NCBI RefSeq assembly: GCF_006345805.1
Contig: NC_042997.1
Location: forward strand, 30,938,001 to 31,002,000
From: Octopus sinensis
Lineage: Eukaryota
Length of the DNA: 64,000 bases
Reading direction: 5' to 3'
This document shows positions 62,913-64,000 of this stretch, piece after piece. The position numbers and the translations under genes were made by a program. The first letter of the stretch is position 1; each line of letters begins with the position of its first letter. The notes below the pieces were generated by a model. It was given only the letters and a program-made list of their open reading frames with translations, did no database searches and was not told where the DNA came from.

Positions 62913-63245
62913 AACTTATGTCAGCATCAAGATGCACAAAAACTTTTAGATGGCTGCCCACACGGAGCCCATAGCGATAATGAGTGTTTCTTTAAAATAT
63001 TCCGTTATGTAGTATGTATGTATGTATGTATGTATGTATGTATTATGTATGTATGTATGTATGTATGTATGTATCTAGATATATACACCCAGAACTACGC
63101 TAATAGCTTAGGAGTGAAATTTAGGATTTTTCGGTTTGCTGTGAATCGATTTTGATACAACTTTTCCCAGCTGGTTTGCACACTATGGCAACACCGTTGT
63201 TAAGTTTTCACTATTCTGTGTAATGTCCTTTTTTTCTTTTTATTT

Positions 63246-64000
63246 CAGAGTCGTCAATTTTTTGGCGAACCACGTTAATAGCTTTTGAATGAAAATAGCC
63301 CATCTAGACATTGGTTTTTCAGAAAATGAAAGGCAATGATATATATTAAGAATACATTGAATATATATTTAACAGAAGACCATAATAATATTATAACATT
63401 TATTGACATAATGAATTATTTAGCCACGTGAGTACCATTTCGACGGATAACTTCAAAAACCCTGTTAGTCATGGAATCAGTCAATTTCTTCATAGTAGTA
63501 GGTTGGACTGCCTCTGCTGCAGCTTTGATGGTAAATTGGCATCCATCGCATAAACATCTTGTTTAATGATGAAACAAAGATTTTCGATAGGGTTGAGATC
63601 CGGAGATGCTGGCGACCACACCATCAACCTTTCACCTTGTATACCGTAAGTTCCTAGTAATGTTTGGACGGTTCTAGCGGAGTGGGAGGGAGCGTTGTCA
63701 TACGTGAATACAAGATTCCTTAGAGGTGACAGCGGGATGTCATCTAGCCAGGGATCCAAGACCTCTTTCAGGAGATTGTAGTAGGAGGCTGCGGTCACTT
63801 TAACGCCTTCAGGCACCCTGACTGGGCCAACGAGTCTATCAACAGCCCACATGACACTATCCTGTTGTCGACGCCGAAAACGTTGGTGACTACAATAGAC
63901 CCAACTATTTGTCAAACCGTCAGGACCGTCAAGGGTCACCCTGGTTTTGTCAGTGAACAAAACACAACTCATGTCTAACGTTATGTACTTCTGGGACCAT
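63246..64000 (-). mobile_element. Tc1-type (DD34E) transposon, degenerate, runs off the window end
   Basis: VLFTDKTRVTLDGPDG, FTYDNAPSHSAR and WSPASPDLNPIENL; the C-terminus IRRNGTHVAK* is frameshifted; TIR-like cagagtcgtcaattttttggcgaaccac at 63246. Confidence 0.88.

Noticed and set aside
63230-63290. Strong-looking splice acceptor ttttctttttatttcag
   Set aside because: It coincides with the Tc1 terminal repeat, and the following frames close quickly.

Overview
This is AT-rich eukaryotic (metazoan) genomic DNA, very dense in repeats. The SINE/LINE and microsatellite content looks like an Octopus genome, which is my recollection-based inference and is not verified. One host gene is well supported: a five-coding-exon, + strand longin-domain R-SNARE (VAMP7-like N-terminus, VAMP8/endobrevin-like SNARE motif, 233 aa) at 16438-28786. 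It was assembled by hand from GT-AG exons with consistent phases, and the ORF track shows only pieces of it. Almost everything else is mobile DNA: three tRNA-derived SINE families (labelled A, B, D here), an RTE 3'-end family with a (GAT)n tail (C), RTE, CR1, R4-type and Penelope-like remnants, solo LTRs, several Tc1/mariner lineages, hAT, Merlin-like and piggyBac-like MITEs, Helitrons and long microsatellites. Most ORF-track entries are repeat or microsatellite artefacts. The most notable non-coding signal is a structurally complete type I hammerhead ribozyme on the - strand at 62818-62912, within a ~380 bp non-coding unit embedded in (TATG)n arrays (retrozyme/Penelope-like). Other highlights are a direct-repeat element inserted into a SINE's (TA)n tract and two near-perfect hairpins bracketing the first coding exon of the SNARE gene. 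All alignments and folds were done by eye, and repeat boundaries are approximate unless a TSD is quoted.
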